DNA of 63,707 bases, filler included, from Reclinomonas americana ATCC 50394 (lineage: Eukaryota): NCBI GenBank assembly GCA_048213135.1. It is 7 parts of 6 records of this genome, joined end to end, with 100 filler letters (N's around TTAATTAATTAA, not from the genome) between each part and the next. Parts side by side here need not be neighbours in the genome. Positions count along the whole stretch, not along the records: positions 1 to 30,951 come from PS015648.1; 6 more parts are not named here. The stretch is one strand, 5' to 3'. The notes below the pieces were generated by a model. It ran no database searches. It was not told the DNA's origin and worked only from the letters and a program-made list of their open reading frames with translations. Below, in pieces: positions 1 through 13,100 of the stretch. Made by a program: the position numbers and the translations under genes. How positions within the stretch are numbered: position 1 is the stretch's first letter; every line of letters starts with the position of its first letter.

Positions 1-215
1 GAGAGAGAGAGAGAGAAAGAGAGAGAGACAGAGAGAGATAGGCCGGTACGGAACCCAACACCGTGGTCAAGCACATAGATACAGTGTGTGAGAGAGTTGA
101 GTTGAGTGAGAGAGTGAGAGAGTGAGTGTGTGTGTGAGAGAGAGAAAGCGACACAAGGATACGTTGGCATGAAACCCAACACCGTGATCAAAGCACACAG
201 AAAGAGGGTGAGAGT

Positions 216-658
216 CGTACCCAAGTGCACCGCGAAGATATGTGGCAACATAATCCACCAAGGTGGCACGATAGCAATTGTGCAGAATAGTGACACCGAG
301 AAAGCGGTCGAACGCAGTGACGCCAAGGATCCCACGCGACCCGCTTGCTGTCACACAGATACCCCAGAGTGGAAAAAACGAGAGGCAACCATTCAGAACA
401 CAGACACGTGAAGGCAAAGCAACCACAGAGAGAGAGAGAGACGTGATCGAACTCAATCAGTGTGCACCATTCGTAGGCACAACATGCCATTGAACCGGAA
501 CCCAGAAGCAGAGAGGAAGGAACGAGAGGAACCACACAGAATACAGTGACGTGAAAACACACTAAACTCCACTCTGCCACCTCCAGATAAAGCAAGAAAG
601 ACAGAAAGACAGACAGACAGACAGGCAGACAGACAGACAGGCAGACAGACAGACAGAC

Positions 659-693
<35 letters not shown>

Positions 694-1457
694 TGGTTGA
701 ACTCAAGACGACGTGCAACGAGCACAGGCGCGCTGGAATGAGAGGGAAACGCAAAATATCCAGAAACAGAGAGGAAGGAACGAGCAGGTCTCCCTTCCCT
801 CCACCAGCCTCACCTCAATCACCCTCGCGACATTCCCATTCTTCTCCGACGACTTTAACCAAAACACCATCGGCGCTTCCGTCTCCCCATCCACAAAGAG
901 CGACATCTGTTCCGCCGGCATCAACTTGATCACGGCACGCATCCACTCCGGATCACGTTTCGCATCAAACACCAGTCGCTTCGCCGTCGCAGCAGCCTTG
1001 GCCTTCTTCGCCTTCTTATTCGCCTTCGCCTTCGCCTTTGCCCTTGTTTTCCCCTTGCTGTCATCATCACCATCACCATTGCTGCTCTCATTCTCCTCCT
1101 CCTCTTCCTCTTCATCGTCAGCATCCGACGAGGCAGCTGCGGATGACTCATCTGCTGATGATGACGATGAGGAGGAGGCATCTCCAGTACGATTGCGCTT
1201 CTTGGAGGCGGTCTTGCGAGCGCGTTGAGTGAGCGCAGAAGGCTTCACCTCGTCGCTCCCATCATCGTCGTCGTCTTCCACTGCGGAAGAGAGGGCGAGC
1301 AAACAGTCAGTCAACACACACACTGCAATCACTCACTCGCTCTTTCTCTCTCTCACTCCCTCACTCACTCACTCACTCACTCAATCAATCACTCACTCAC
1401 ACACACACACTCTCTCTCTCACTCAGGCGACTCACCCTGAGAAAACGCACGCGGCAT
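216..1457 (-). CDS. Multi-exon hypothetical protein with acidic/basic low-complexity N-terminus; probably 3'-truncated at the window edge
   Basis: ATG at 1457 (MPRAFSQ) and a GTGAG donor splice in frame to an exon at about 785-1280 (EDDDDDG...KAKAKANKKAKK...MVFWLKSSEKNGNVARVIEVRLVEG). Further small exons appear towards about 216. No family recognised. Confidence 0.5.
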
Positions 1458-1807
1458 TGCTCTCCGCAAGTGTTGAAACAAAAAGCGCGCGAAATCAGTG
1501 ACGTCACGCTAGCGACTTCTGTGCGTCGCTGCAAGGCCCGGAACATTCTTCAGCTAGTGCAGTGAGCATGATTACTCGATAGCTGCACGCACAGCGGAAA
1601 GAGAGAGTCCAAAGCTGCCAACTTCGCAGTCATCTGCAATTGCAACGTCGATCGATATCTCGACGTCTGCATGTGTTTCGCTCCTCGCGATTGCAGCGAC
1701 AAGCTGGAGGCACAGCAGACTGTTTCTCTCTAACAACTAGTACATGTTCTCCTCGCGACAAAGTGCATGCATAGCTCGCACGGGACGAACACGCCACTTG
1801 TCTTCCA

Positions 1808-3154
1808 ATGAGCTCGCCACCACCACCACCACCACCACCACCAAGCCACCACCTCCTCCTCACATGCGGAGGCAGCATCAGCCAAATCGCCCTCTCACCC
1901 CCTCTCCAACCACCACCCGCCTCCTCCTCGCAACTCATCGCCGCTGCGTGTGACGACGCCCTCGTCCACGTGTTCCACAGCTCCGACGGGCGCCTCCTCG
2001 CCTCCTCTGCCGTGCAGCAGCACTACCATCGTCCCATGTGGGTAGTGTCATTCTCGCCCACCACTGCACGCTGGTTGGCCGGCGGCACTGGGGTCAGCCA
2101 CAATGCCGAGTGCGATGTCGTGCTGTGGGAGGTCGACAAGGAACGCGCCACAGTGGAGCACGTGTGGACTGGGCGCGGACATCGTGAGGGTGTGCTTGCG
2201 GTGGCAGTGACGCGCGATGATCGGCATGTGGTGAGCGCGGCGCTGGATGGATCGGTGCGCGTGTGGCGACTGACCACGGGATTGAGCATGTCGGTGTTCA
2301 CCACGTCGCCATTGGTGTCGTCGTTGGTGCTGTCGCCGTGTGGAGAGTGCGTCGTCGGCAGTGCGTTTGACAACACGCTGCGGTGGTGGCGAGTGGCCAC
2401 GGGCGAGTGTGTTCGCACGGTGGATGATCATGATAGAGTCGAGTCGGTGATGGTGTTGCGGTTGGCGCTGTCGCCCGACGGTCGCACGCTGGCCATGGTC
2501 AACGGAAAGGGCAGTCTGCGCCTGCTGGAGGTGGGCACGGGCGAGAGACGGGAGCTGCGGAGACGCGCGGTGTTGTCGTCGTCTGTCAACTTTTCCGCCG
2601 ACGGATTGTACGTGGTGGTCGCGTCGTATGGTTGGTGAGCGGCAGGAGAAGGGGGAGGGTGTGTCCGCGGCTGACGAGTGTTGTCTTGTGCGCGCAGGTT
2701 GCACTGTGGAGGTCATCAGCGTGTTGTCGGGTCGCACGGCGGCCGTGTTTTACGGTCATCAGCAGAGTGCGTCGTCGGTGCATTTCTTGTGCGACGGACG
2801 TGTGGCGAGCAGCTCGGGCGACGGCACCATTCGTATCTGGCCGGCCGGTGAGTTGTGGCGTTGCACAGCTCACAGCAGTGTGTTTCATCTCGTGAGAGTG
2901 TGACGAGTGTTGTGTCGGTGGCAGGGCGGTGGAATGCACCGCTGTGGGCGGCCGGCGAGGTTCTCCTGGTGCGATCAGCGTTTGATCATTTGCTCGAGTT
3001 GGTGGACGACAGTGACGGCGACGGCGACGATGAGGGTGGCGTGGGACGCGAACCGTTGCCGCTGATGGTGCTGCGCTGCTTCCTCGAGGAAGATGCACGA
3101 GTGCAATGGTGGCGATGGGTGACCGCGGGCGACCCGACTGATGTCGCCGAGTGA
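1808..3154 (+). CDS. WD40-repeat protein (3 exons)
   Basis: Repeated WD motifs: GHREGVLAVAVT..VSAALDGSVRVW, GSAFDNTLRWW, GHQQSASSVHF..ASSSGDGTIRIW. GT-AG introns at about 2631-2697 and 2848-2924 keep the frame. Stop at 3154. Confidence 0.85.
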
Positions 3155-3576
3155 TGGCCGTCAAATATCGACTGGCGACGATGGCTTGGCGCGCCTTGGT
3201 GACTCTACACGACGGCGCCTCTGTCCGCAACATTCGAGGAACTGTTCCCCCTCGTTGCGAGTTGACGGCATGTGTGTGACGTGTGCTATTTGTGGATCTG
3301 CCCCGGCCGGCGTCTGCCCGTAAGTCGTGTGGCTTGTTCTGAATCCCAAGCTGCCGCTATGCCTCCCACACACACAGTATTGGCGTGAATTCGATACACA
3401 TCGGTATGGTCGAGTTTTGGTCGAGATGTCCCCCATCGATGAACACCCCAATATTTTCGGATCGAAGAAACCCGCCGACACCGCGAGACAGCCTTCAGTT
3501 GCGTGACCTACATGAAGTGGAACTGAACTTGATCCAGTCCGCTTCTCACGTGCATTTGACAGTCTCTCCGTGAGCC

Positions 3577-4600
3577 ATGAACACCCAGCCCTCCGTGCAG
3601 TCTGATCAGCGCCAGTTGCTCGCCAGCGCCGGCGACACCGTCTCGTGCGGCGCGGCTCTGCAGTCGTCGCGTGGTCGGTGGACCATTGTGCTCACCCTGC
3701 TGAGCCTCGGCATCGCCGTGGCCATCATTGCGATCGCCGGCGGCGGCAACATTTGGTCCGTGGCACATGTCCGGGCGTTTGACCTTGGAGCCTCCCTCGG
3801 CTTTGGTTAGTCAAGAGAGTGTTGTTGTAAGAGAGGGTGTCGTAGGGGTGTTCTTTGTTTGCAGCAGCGTAGTTTCGTCCGCCATCTATTGTCTTCTCAC
3901 CCTCTTGTCGCTTGCAGGTCTGCTGGTGAAGGACAGCGAGGTGTGCGGCTGTTTGGAGACCGAGTGCTCCTGCTGGTCGTTCTCGGAGGCGCCTAGCGAG
4001 TTCCGAGACATTATCGGCCTCTACGCTGGCATGTTCCCGGGCACCTCCGATCCCGTGGGCGCCTTCGTCATGGCCTTGTTGATCATCTGCGGCTCGTGCA
4101 TGCTGCTGCACGTGATCCACATTGTCGTCAACGTGCGCTACACTCGCGAGCGCGGTCGCGGCCTCAACGCTTTTGTGTTCACCGTTGGTGAGTGATTTAG
4201 AGAAGTCTTCCACGTTTTTTTGTGCTTTCACGCTCATGAAAAATGCAGGTCTCCTGAGTGGTCTCGTCGGAACCGCTGTCGTCACCGTGTTTGCCTTTAT
4301 TGGCGCCGACGGCTTCTGCTCTCCTCGTTGGCGTTGCGTTGCTGTGTTTGGCAGACATGCGTTCTTCTCTAATTTTGGAATCGACCTGCAGCCGTGTGGG
4401 TGATGTGGATTCCGCTGCTGGTCGGCTACGTTGCTCTGTGGATCGCGTACCGCAAGCTCGGACCGCCACTCAAGATCATCGACGCACCGGCGCCTGCCTA
4501 CGCCTATGCCGCGCCAGTGCCGCCGTACGGTGCGCAGTATGCCGCTCACAACGGTGCCAGCGCGTACACGAACTACGGAACAACGGCGCCGCCCGTGTAG
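3577..4600 (+). CDS. Small multi-exon membrane protein with about 4 TM helices (claudin/PMP22-like topology) and a Pro/Tyr-rich tail
   Basis: Four hydrophobic segments across spliced exons. First loop W..GL..CGCLETECSC. Tail PAYAYAAPVPPYG. One internal junction is not resolved. Confidence 0.55.
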
Positions 4601-4707
4601 ACCACCACGTAGTACGAGTCTCTCCATTGCACATCGCAGTGAACCACCATCGCCCCCTTCTTCTTTCACCTCTGTCCCTGTCCTAGTAATTTCCGAACAC
4701 ACTAATT

Positions 4708-7671
4708 ATGTTTGCGCGCGCTCGTTGCCTCCTGCGATCGACAGGTGCTGGCCAGTCGCCCCCTCTCCCGCCTCTTCTCCTCCAACGCACGATCACATCC
4801 TCGGCATCATCATCGCACTGCGTTCACACTCGCAGCGTGTCACCAAAGGCTGTGTTTGAGAATCTCGTGAAACCCGAGGTCTGCTCTCTCCCTCCGCCCT
4901 CGCTTTGACTGACTCTGTCCAACCAATGCTGTGGCACACAGATGGCCGCACTCGACTCGTCACCCACAATGGCCATGAGCACAAGGTCGTCTCCTCCTTA
5001 GTCATTGTCTTGTCATCGTCACTCATCATTGTGGAATGCAGGCTGGCAGAGATGCGAGCGCGAGGACAGCCGGTGTTTGCCATGGGCTTTGGCGAGAGCC
5101 CCTTTCCTGTTGCGTCCCCACCCCACCCACACACACGTACTGCCGGATTTCCCCCGACATTTTTTTGCTGTTTGTGACAGGTTCCGTCGGTGGTGCACGA
5201 CGAGCTGCAGAAGCACGCGCATGAGAATGCGTACTTGCAGGTTAAAGGTGCCTGAGCTTGATATGTGTATCTCTCTTTTGCCTTGCTCATTCGTCGGGCC
5301 CTGCACAGGTCTCCCGGCACTGCGCAATGCGATTGTCTCGTGGCTCGGCGACCAGTTCCCGGGCGTGCACCTGCGACCCGAGAACGTGATTGTGGGCCCC
5401 GGCTCAAAGGGCCTCCTGTACATTACGCAATTGTGCTTTGATGGAGGTGAGCCGTGCGCGCTGCGGTGAGTTCGTTGTTGCTGTTGTCACTGACCGGCGA
5501 CCACCCGCAGACGTGATCATCCCCACGCCGACGTGGGTGTCGTATCGGCCGCATGTTGCGTGTGTGAGTGCCTTGGGGTTTTGCCATGGATGTTCAGCTC
5601 ACTTGCGCGCAGGCCAACATGAGCGGATGCCACGTGCACCTGTTGCACACCACGGCTGACACCAGCTGGTTTGTCGTCCGTTTTCTTTCTTCTCGTCTGC
5701 CGCCCGCACAACAAACTCACAAAAGGAGGCAACGTGCAGGAAAGTGACTCCGGCCGCTCTCGATGCCGCCCTCCTCGTGCCGCGGCGCCGACGCCACTGT
5801 GCCGTCATTCTCAACTCGCCGGGTAATCCCACCGGGCAGGCGTACACCAAGGCCGAGTATGATGCGCTGGCGTCGGTGTTGCGCCGGCACAATGCGCTGG
5901 TGTTTAGGTGAGGCCACAGGGAGGGAGAGAAAGAGGGAGGGGGTAGGAGGGGGAAGGGAGGAAGGGGAAGGGAGGGAGGGGAAGGGAAGGAGGGAGGAAG
6001 GGAGCATGGGAGGGTAGAGAGTGGCAGAGAGAAGGGGAGGAAGGGAGAGGGAGAAGTAGGAGGAGGAGGAGAAGAAGAAGAATGCGAAGGAGAAGAAGAA
6101 GAAAGAGAGAAAGGACGGAAGATAGGGGAAAAGAAGAATAAGGAGAACGAGAAGGAGAAGGGTGTGTGAGGGACGGGGAACGTGGAGGAGGCGAGGACAA
6201 AGGAGGAGGAATAGGAGACATTGGTGGAAGATGGGAGACATGGGGAGAGGAAGAGATGAAATGGAGGGGGAGAGAGAAGAAGATGGACAAGGAGAATGCC
6301 GAAAAGAACACCAGGTGGCGGAGGAAGTGCAACGCGAGATTGAAGAAGAAGAAGAACAGCAACAGCAACAACAAGGAGATAGGAGTTTAGTGGAAGAGAC
6401 TTGGTGCGTGTTTCTCAAGACAGCTGTTGCGCATCGCACTGCTTTCTCGCAGCGCAGCGCATCGCTTTCCATCTTCCTCCCTTTGCCTGTTGTCGGTGTT
6501 GTTGTTGTTTCATTGAGTCTGACCACCCGTGCCTCGCAGTGATGAAATCTACGCCACTGCCACATTCGAGGGGACGCCGGCGTCGATGGCTGCCAGCTAC
6601 CCAGAGGGCACTGTTCTGTTCTCTGGTCTCTCCAAGTTGCGCTCGTATGTGCATCAACTCTGGCGTTTCAACTCATTGTTCGCTGACTCGTTGGCATTGT
6701 GTCAGGTGGGCAGGTGCAGGTGGATGGCGCCTGGGTGAGTGTGGAGTGGCGAATTGTCTGCGTGTGTGTGTCTCCTCCCTCACGCGAGTCTTCGATTAAC
6801 AGGATTTGCGGCATACCCGTCCTCTCTGTCGTCGCTGGTTGTGGCAGCATCTGCCGTGGCCTCGCAGATATTCAGCTGTGGTGAGTGGCGTGATCCGATG
6901 GCCAAAGGGTGCATCGCACTGACCGTCATCATTCAGTTGCCTCGCCGGTGCAGTACGCGGCCATCAAGGCCTATGACGTGAACGAGAAATCGTTGAGTGG
7001 CACAGCATCTGTCCCCTTGATGTCTATTCCTCACCTCTCGCTCTGCCCGTCAGCATTCAGCGCTGCATCCTCCACCAGAACCACATTCTCCGTGCCATTG
7101 CTCGCCACTGCCATCAGGCACTCGAGGTGGCAGGCGTGCCTTGCGTGCCGGCAGCGGTGAATGACGATGGTCAAAGCTGAATAGCACAGTGAGGTGGCTT
7201 ATTTCATTGTGGCGGCATCACAGGGTGCGTTCTATTTGTTCCCCGACTTTGAGTCGTTCCGCGAACAGCTGTCGCGACGTGGAATCACCACCTCGGCTGA
7301 GCTATGCGATCGCCTGCTGGCCGAGTCGGGTGTGGCGCTGCTGCCTGGTGCGTGTGGGGGAGGAAATTAGGGTGACGTTGTGCGCTGTCTCACTCGCAGT
7401 GTGCATGCAGGCTCGGCGTTCGAGCGGCATCCGCACGAACTGACTGCACGACTGGCATTTGTGAACTTTGACGGCGCCGCGGCGTTGAAGGCCTCGTACG
7501 CACTGGTTCGTTGTCGTATCGTCGTTCCGATGGTGACGACGCTCACAATCCCGCTTGTCCGCAGGGCGACGCTGCGCGGTCGGTGGCCACAGACGAGGAG
7601 TTTGTGCGTGCACATTGCCCGCAAGCCGTGGCGGCCATGGATGCCATGCGCTTGTGGATCAGCCGGTTGTG
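4708..7671 (+). CDS. Class I/II PLP-dependent aminotransferase (aspartate aminotransferase-like), more than 12 exons, possible mitochondrial presequence
   Basis: Spliced motifs: MGFGESPFPVP, GLPALRNAI, IVGPGSKG, PTPTWVSY, NSPGNPTG, SDEIY, SGLSKWAGAGGWRLG (PLP lysine), GAFYLFPDF, GVALLPGSAF. N-terminus MFARARCLLRST is Arg-rich. Confidence 0.9.
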
Positions 7672-7985
7672 AAAGAGGGGAGGCTCATGAAGGGTTGTTC
7701 TCACTCATATCAGGGACCTGGCCGTGGGAAACATTGCGATCGAAAGCGAAGTTACTGGCGACGGAGAAAACCGCTTGCGTAGACTGCGAACACGGGTTAA
7801 CAGCAGCGATCGAAGGAAGGAGCTTGCAATCGACTGCTGCGATCGCCAAGGGTTCGCGTGACTTGGTGGAACAGCAAAAAGGTGAAAGGTAAGTCAGGGA
7901 AGATGATTTTACGACCCGTACAGACAGCTTCGATCGAAACTGGTGATGGCGGAGCAAACGCTCTGGTTCACAGCAACGTACAGTG

Positions 7986-8192
7986 ATCGCGACCAAGGGT
8001 TCACCAAGTACTGCGGCACGATAGCAAATGGTGCAAGGGAATGTCTAGATTTCAAACGACAGCGCGCGCAGCGCGCTGCAATTGCATTCGCAGCGAGGGC
8101 GCTGCGCTCCTTGAATTCGAATGCAGCGATCGCGACCAAGAAGGGTTCACCAAGTACCGTGAGATGATAGCAAACGGTGCAAGGGAATGTCT
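7986..8192. repeat. Imperfect direct repeat of about 60 bp in an intergenic region
   Basis: gatcgcgaccaag(aa)gggttcaccaagtac...gatagcaaa(t/c)ggtgcaagggaatgtct occurs at about 7986-8046 and 8129-8192, with a partial copy near 7840. Confidence 0.75.
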
Positions 8193-8430
8193 CAGGTGCT
8201 GACGACAGGTTGCGGAGCAAAACTGTACATGTGGCAGACATGAACAGCTGCAATCGAGAGCAATTGCCGAGAGCAATTGCAGCTTAGAAGTCGACTGCAT
8301 GACCAGCAATGACAGCGTACAGCACAATGGGGAAGTCTTCGTATACAGCGGAGAGGATGGCTGCACGCACAGCCTAACATCTGCATTCGAGTTTGTCCTG
8401 TGAAGTCACTCCTCTATCTCGTTTTCTCCG

Positions 8431-8563
8431 ATGGCACGCAACAACTCCACAGTGCTGATCATTGCCGTCGTGGCCGCAGCCTTGGCCTTCTACTGGCTCC
8501 TTCTCCCATCGCCCATGGACGCGCGACTGGCCTCTGAGGCAAAGTATCGAGGACCGACAGGTG

Positions 8564-8601
<38 letters not shown>

Positions 8602-8657
8602 GCGAGTGCTGACTCTCTCTCCATGCTGCAGGCGCTGATCCGCGCAACTATGCCACT

Positions 8658-8721
<64 letters not shown>

Positions 8722-8952
8722 TACCTGTGCTCATTCTTCTGTGCTTCTGTGTGCAGCGCAAACTGAGGAGAAGGCGAACAAGGTGCGCGCGTGTCGCATG
8801 GAGTGCGTGCAGCGATTATCCAAGGACAAGGTCGACTTTGAGGAGGTGTGTGAATGTTGCGAATGAGATGCATACATGTGAGTGTGTGACTCACCACCAC
8901 GTGTCGTCGTTTGCAGATCAAGAGGCGTTGTGTGCAGGAGTGCCCAGAGTAG
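8431..8952 (+). CDS. Four-exon microprotein (about 95 aa) with an N-terminal signal/TM segment and a twin CX3C motif
   Basis: MARNNSTVLIIAVVAAALAFYWLLLPSP...|GADPRNYAT|AQTEEKANKVRACRMECVQRLSKDKVDFEE|IKRRCVQECPE*. All three introns are GT-AG and in frame. Confidence 0.7.
8659..8720. repeat. Intronic (GT)n microsatellite
   Basis: Perfect GT dinucleotide run. Similar GA/CT/CA runs occur throughout the window. Confidence 0.95.
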
Positions 8953-10158
8953 TCAGAAAGCGCACATGTAGCCTCTGTGCGTGCGCGTGTGAGAGAGATA
9001 GAGGGCTGGTAAAGAAGAAAACTGATGCATTGTGCGAGCTGCTGGTGCTGCATGTCTCTCACTGGGCGGGCAGCAGCAGGCAGCTCCTTACCGTTGAGTG
9101 GATCGATGGGAGATGCAACTATCATCGCATGGTCGATCGTTCCTTCGCAGCTGCCTTGCAGCTTCGTTGGCGATGAGAATTGCCAACGAATAGTGGACCA
9201 CGGATCGACTGGCCGCTGTGCACCGGCACCTGCAGCTTGCGCTGTTGTCAGTGTCGTTGAGGGGACCACATTGCGCCATTCATCGATGTTCTCTCGTCGT
9301 TTGCACGTTATTGCTGACGTGTGCGGGGCCGGCCGGGGGCAACCGCAATTTTCTGGAGGTGAGCCGCCGCCTTCGGGTACCGTACTTGCAGACAGTCGGC
9401 TGTATGTTGTGTTTTTCTGCGGGAACGAAGATACTTGTTTTTCCGCGTTTTTCTGTTGCATTGGTGTACACGCACACAACTGGGTGCACGGTGACAGTGA
9501 GAGAGCACGTGTGCGCGTGTGTGTGTATGTGCGAGAGAGGCGAGTGAATCACATCGAACGCATATGCAGTGTCGGGTGCCGAGATGCCCCCACGGGGCGC
9601 CTCTCTTCGTGCAACCGACTTTGCATATTGCAGATTTGAGCATCGGTCGTCTTATTTTTCTTTTCTCGAAGACTGGTGAGCGGAGACCACACCCCCACTC
9701 AGTCACACATTGTGACGTCTCTCTCTCCCTCCTTCTCTCCCTCCCTCCCTCCCTTCTGCTGTGTCTCTGTGTGCGTTTCTGCGTCTCACGAGTCTCTCAT
9801 TTCCGATATGTCTGATATCTTGCCCCCCCACACGTTCCCCCTTCGCTGTCACAGGCTCTCTTTCACACTCACACTCCCACCACACAGCACGTCGACAGGC
9901 GCACTGTCAGAGAGCAGTCTATTTTTCTCGCACCGTGTGCGCCCTATTTGGCACACATTTCCGTGACCAATGCATTGACGAAGCTGCGGGGTGCCTTGGG
10001 TGCCATGTGCGCATCTGCTTCCTCTCTGATGCGCACATTGTGCGTCTGCACTCGTCTCCCTTGTCTATCTCTTTTGCTCTTCCGCGTGTCTCTGGGGCTC
10101 GCACCGCCTTCCTGTTTGTCTGAGAACTAACTCAATTGCTTGCGTGTGCAGAAAAATT

Positions 10159-13100
10159 ATGCGCCGTCAACTTTCCTCACCGATTTCCCTGCTGCTCGTG
10201 GTGGTGGCCACGGCCTTGCTCCTGCACGTTGTCGCTGCTGCTGGCGGCAGCCGTTGCGCCAGCGGCCAGTGTCGTCTGGCCGCCGGCACCTGCATGGCAT
10301 GGTTCGTGATTGGTGGTCGTTGTCCGACGACAAGTGGGGCATGTTGGTGACCTCATAGTGTGCCAACCGCAGCACTGGCAACACATTTACTCGCACTACC
10401 AATCGCTCATGTGTGGGGTACGTGTGCCGCCGGCTTCTTCGTTGACACTCTCCACTCCCTGACGCTGACACCGTTAACGTTGTCTCTCGTTCTCCTCCAG
10501 CTCGGCTGGCAGCTTCAACTGTGACGCATGGTGCGCCAGGACTTGTTTCTGTCATTGCCTTTCTCCGTGCTCACATTCACCACATTAGCCCGACCAACTC
10601 GGCCGCCAACGCCGCTCACAATTCATGTGTTTGGTAAGTTCATGCCATCCGCCCTTGCGTTGCTTCTGTCGACTCGGCTCACCGTTCTGTCACAGTGGAT
10701 CGCCGCTCGTCTTCAACGCCGACGCCGTCAAGTGTGATTGGTGCGGTGCATGCATGTGCTGCTCGCATTTTCTCAAATCTCGCATTGGGCACTGACAAGG
10801 TTGTGCAGCCCTCCCGGCTACGGTGGCGATGTCTCGAGCTGCAACATTTGGTGGGACTACCTGGCTCTCGAGCCATGCGCTTCACAGAGCTCACTTCGTT
10901 TCCTCACCACTCTCTCTGTGCTGCACAGCGACGCTGGCAAATTCTCGTCTCGCCCCAACACCGCCTGCACCGATTGGTAAGCGCGTGAATCATTTGCGGG
11001 TTGGCGGGCATGTGACTCACGCTGCGCATTTATTTGTACACAGCCCGCCCGGCACAATTTCCGACGCCAACGGCGCCACTGGCTGCAAGCGCTGGTAAGC
11101 AATTGCGTTCTCCATGCGCATCTCCATGGCAACACCGTGCATATGACCATTTTCATGCAGCCCGCGCAACTCAGTGAGCGCAGCCGGAGCTACTGCGTGT
11201 CGCCCGTGCCCCGATGCCGCCGTGTCGGACGAAAATGTGTGCCACTGGTACGTCTTGCTGTACTCACAATTTGATGATACGTGTGTGCCTGTTTTGTGTT
11301 TGGTCTCACACCATTGGTGGTCAGCTTGCGCGACAAGTTTTTCGACGCCAGCTCGTGGTCGTGCGAAGTCTGGTGATTACATGCTCGTCTGCTTTGTACC
11401 CCATGTGGTTGTTGTCTCACTCGAATTCCTGCAGCCCGGCCGGCAAATGGCTTGCTTCCAAGCCCGCTGGACACCATCAGCGTCCTCGCGATCGTGACGA
11501 TGACGATCACGATGACCATGATGACCACGACGACGACGATGGCGATGATGACCACGATGGCAAGCGTTGCATTGCTTGGTGAGTCGGCGAAGGTGGCTTT
11601 TTGTCATGTAATTGTGTTCAAAAAACTCACGTCACTTTGATTTTGGCAGCCCGGCTGGCAGTTCGCCGACCGCCGCTCGTGACGGATGTGTCTGGTGAGG
11701 AATCTTTGGACGCAGTTGTGGAGAACGAGAGTGTGTGCTCATTCTGTCCCGTTTTTCTGCAGCCCTTCCAACTTGGTGTTTGATCCGGCCACCAACTCGT
11801 GCGGCTGGTACGCATCTGTATGTGGAAAAGATTGTTCTCGCATACAACCCATACCGACTCATGATTCTCGCAGTGCTGCGCCGCGTGTGCTGAGCGCCGC
11901 TGGTGATGCGTGTCTCTGGTAAGCAGGCGCTTGTTTGATTGCACGAGACAGAGTACATTGTGCTCATGTGTGCTTTTGTGTATTACAGCCCCGCTGGAAC
12001 GTCTGGCGACCTGACCTCCGCTTGCACCGCATGGTAAGCAGCGCTTTGTTACGCAAGAACTGGAGAATGAGGGGCGCTTATGCGGAGTGTCTTCAAATAG
12101 CGCCGCTGGATCGATCTCGGCTGCCGGAGACGCCACATGCACTGCCTGCGGTGCTGGCTTTGTGTCCAGCGCTGACGGCACCGCGTGCAACCAATGGTTG
12201 GTGTGGATGTGAGAACGTGCATGCCGTGGTGAGTGCTCACCGATTATTGCACACAGCGCTGCTGGCACCTCTCAGAACGCCACCACCAACACGTGTGATG
12301 TTTGCGCTGCTGGCTCGATCTCGGCCGCCGGTGCCACCGCGTGCACTGCTTGCGGTGCTGGCTTTGTGTCCAGTGCTGATGGCACCGCGTGCAACCAATG
12401 GTTGGTGGTGTGGGTGTGAGTACGCGAGTGCTGTGGTGAGTGCTCACTGATTGTTGCACACAGCACTGCTGGCACCTCTCAAAACGCCACCACCAACACG
12501 TGCGATGCTTGCGCTGCTGGCTCAATCTCGGCTGCTGGTGCCACCAGCTGCACTGCGTGCGGTGCTGGCTTTGTGTCCAGTGCTGATGTCACCGCGTGCA
12601 ACCAATGGTTGGTGTGGGTGTGAGTACGCGAGTGCTGTGGTGAGTGCTCACCGATTATTGCACACAGCGCTGCTGGCACCTCTCAGAACGCCACCACCAA
12701 CACGTGCGATGCTTGCGCTGCTGGCTCAATCTCGGCTGCCGGTGCCACCAGCTGCACTGCGTGCGGTGCTGGCTTTGTGTCAAGCGCTGACGGCACTGCG
12801 TGTGACCAATGGTGAGTGCGTGCATAGTATCCATTCCATTTGCCAACAACTCATCTCTCTTGCAACCCTGCGTCCGCAGTGTTGCTGGCACCGCTCAGAG
12901 CGCCGCTACCAATACATGTGAATTGTGTGCCGCGGGCTCGATCTCGGCTGCTGGTGCCACCAGCTGCACTGCCTGCGATGCTGGGTTTGTGTCCAGCGCT
13001 GACGGCACCACTTGCGTGCAATGGTTTGTGTATATGCTTGAGTTTTCTTGTTGTCCCTCAATGCTGGTTGCTAACTGGCGGAGCGGTCCCTCACCAGCAC

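Noticed and set aside
5909..6538. Purine-rich ORFs (E/G/R-rich or L/S/P-rich)
   Set aside because: They lie inside an aminotransferase intron; the flanking exons join as VFS|DEIY.
9025..9639. Overlapping 204-aa (+) and 252-aa (-) ORFs
   Set aside because: No recognisable motifs or coherent exon structure. GC-rich DNA readily yields such ORFs.
12100..13025. Regularly spaced repeats as a CRISPR-like array
   Set aside because: The units are whole exon+intron duplications encoding Cys repeats, with no unique spacers.
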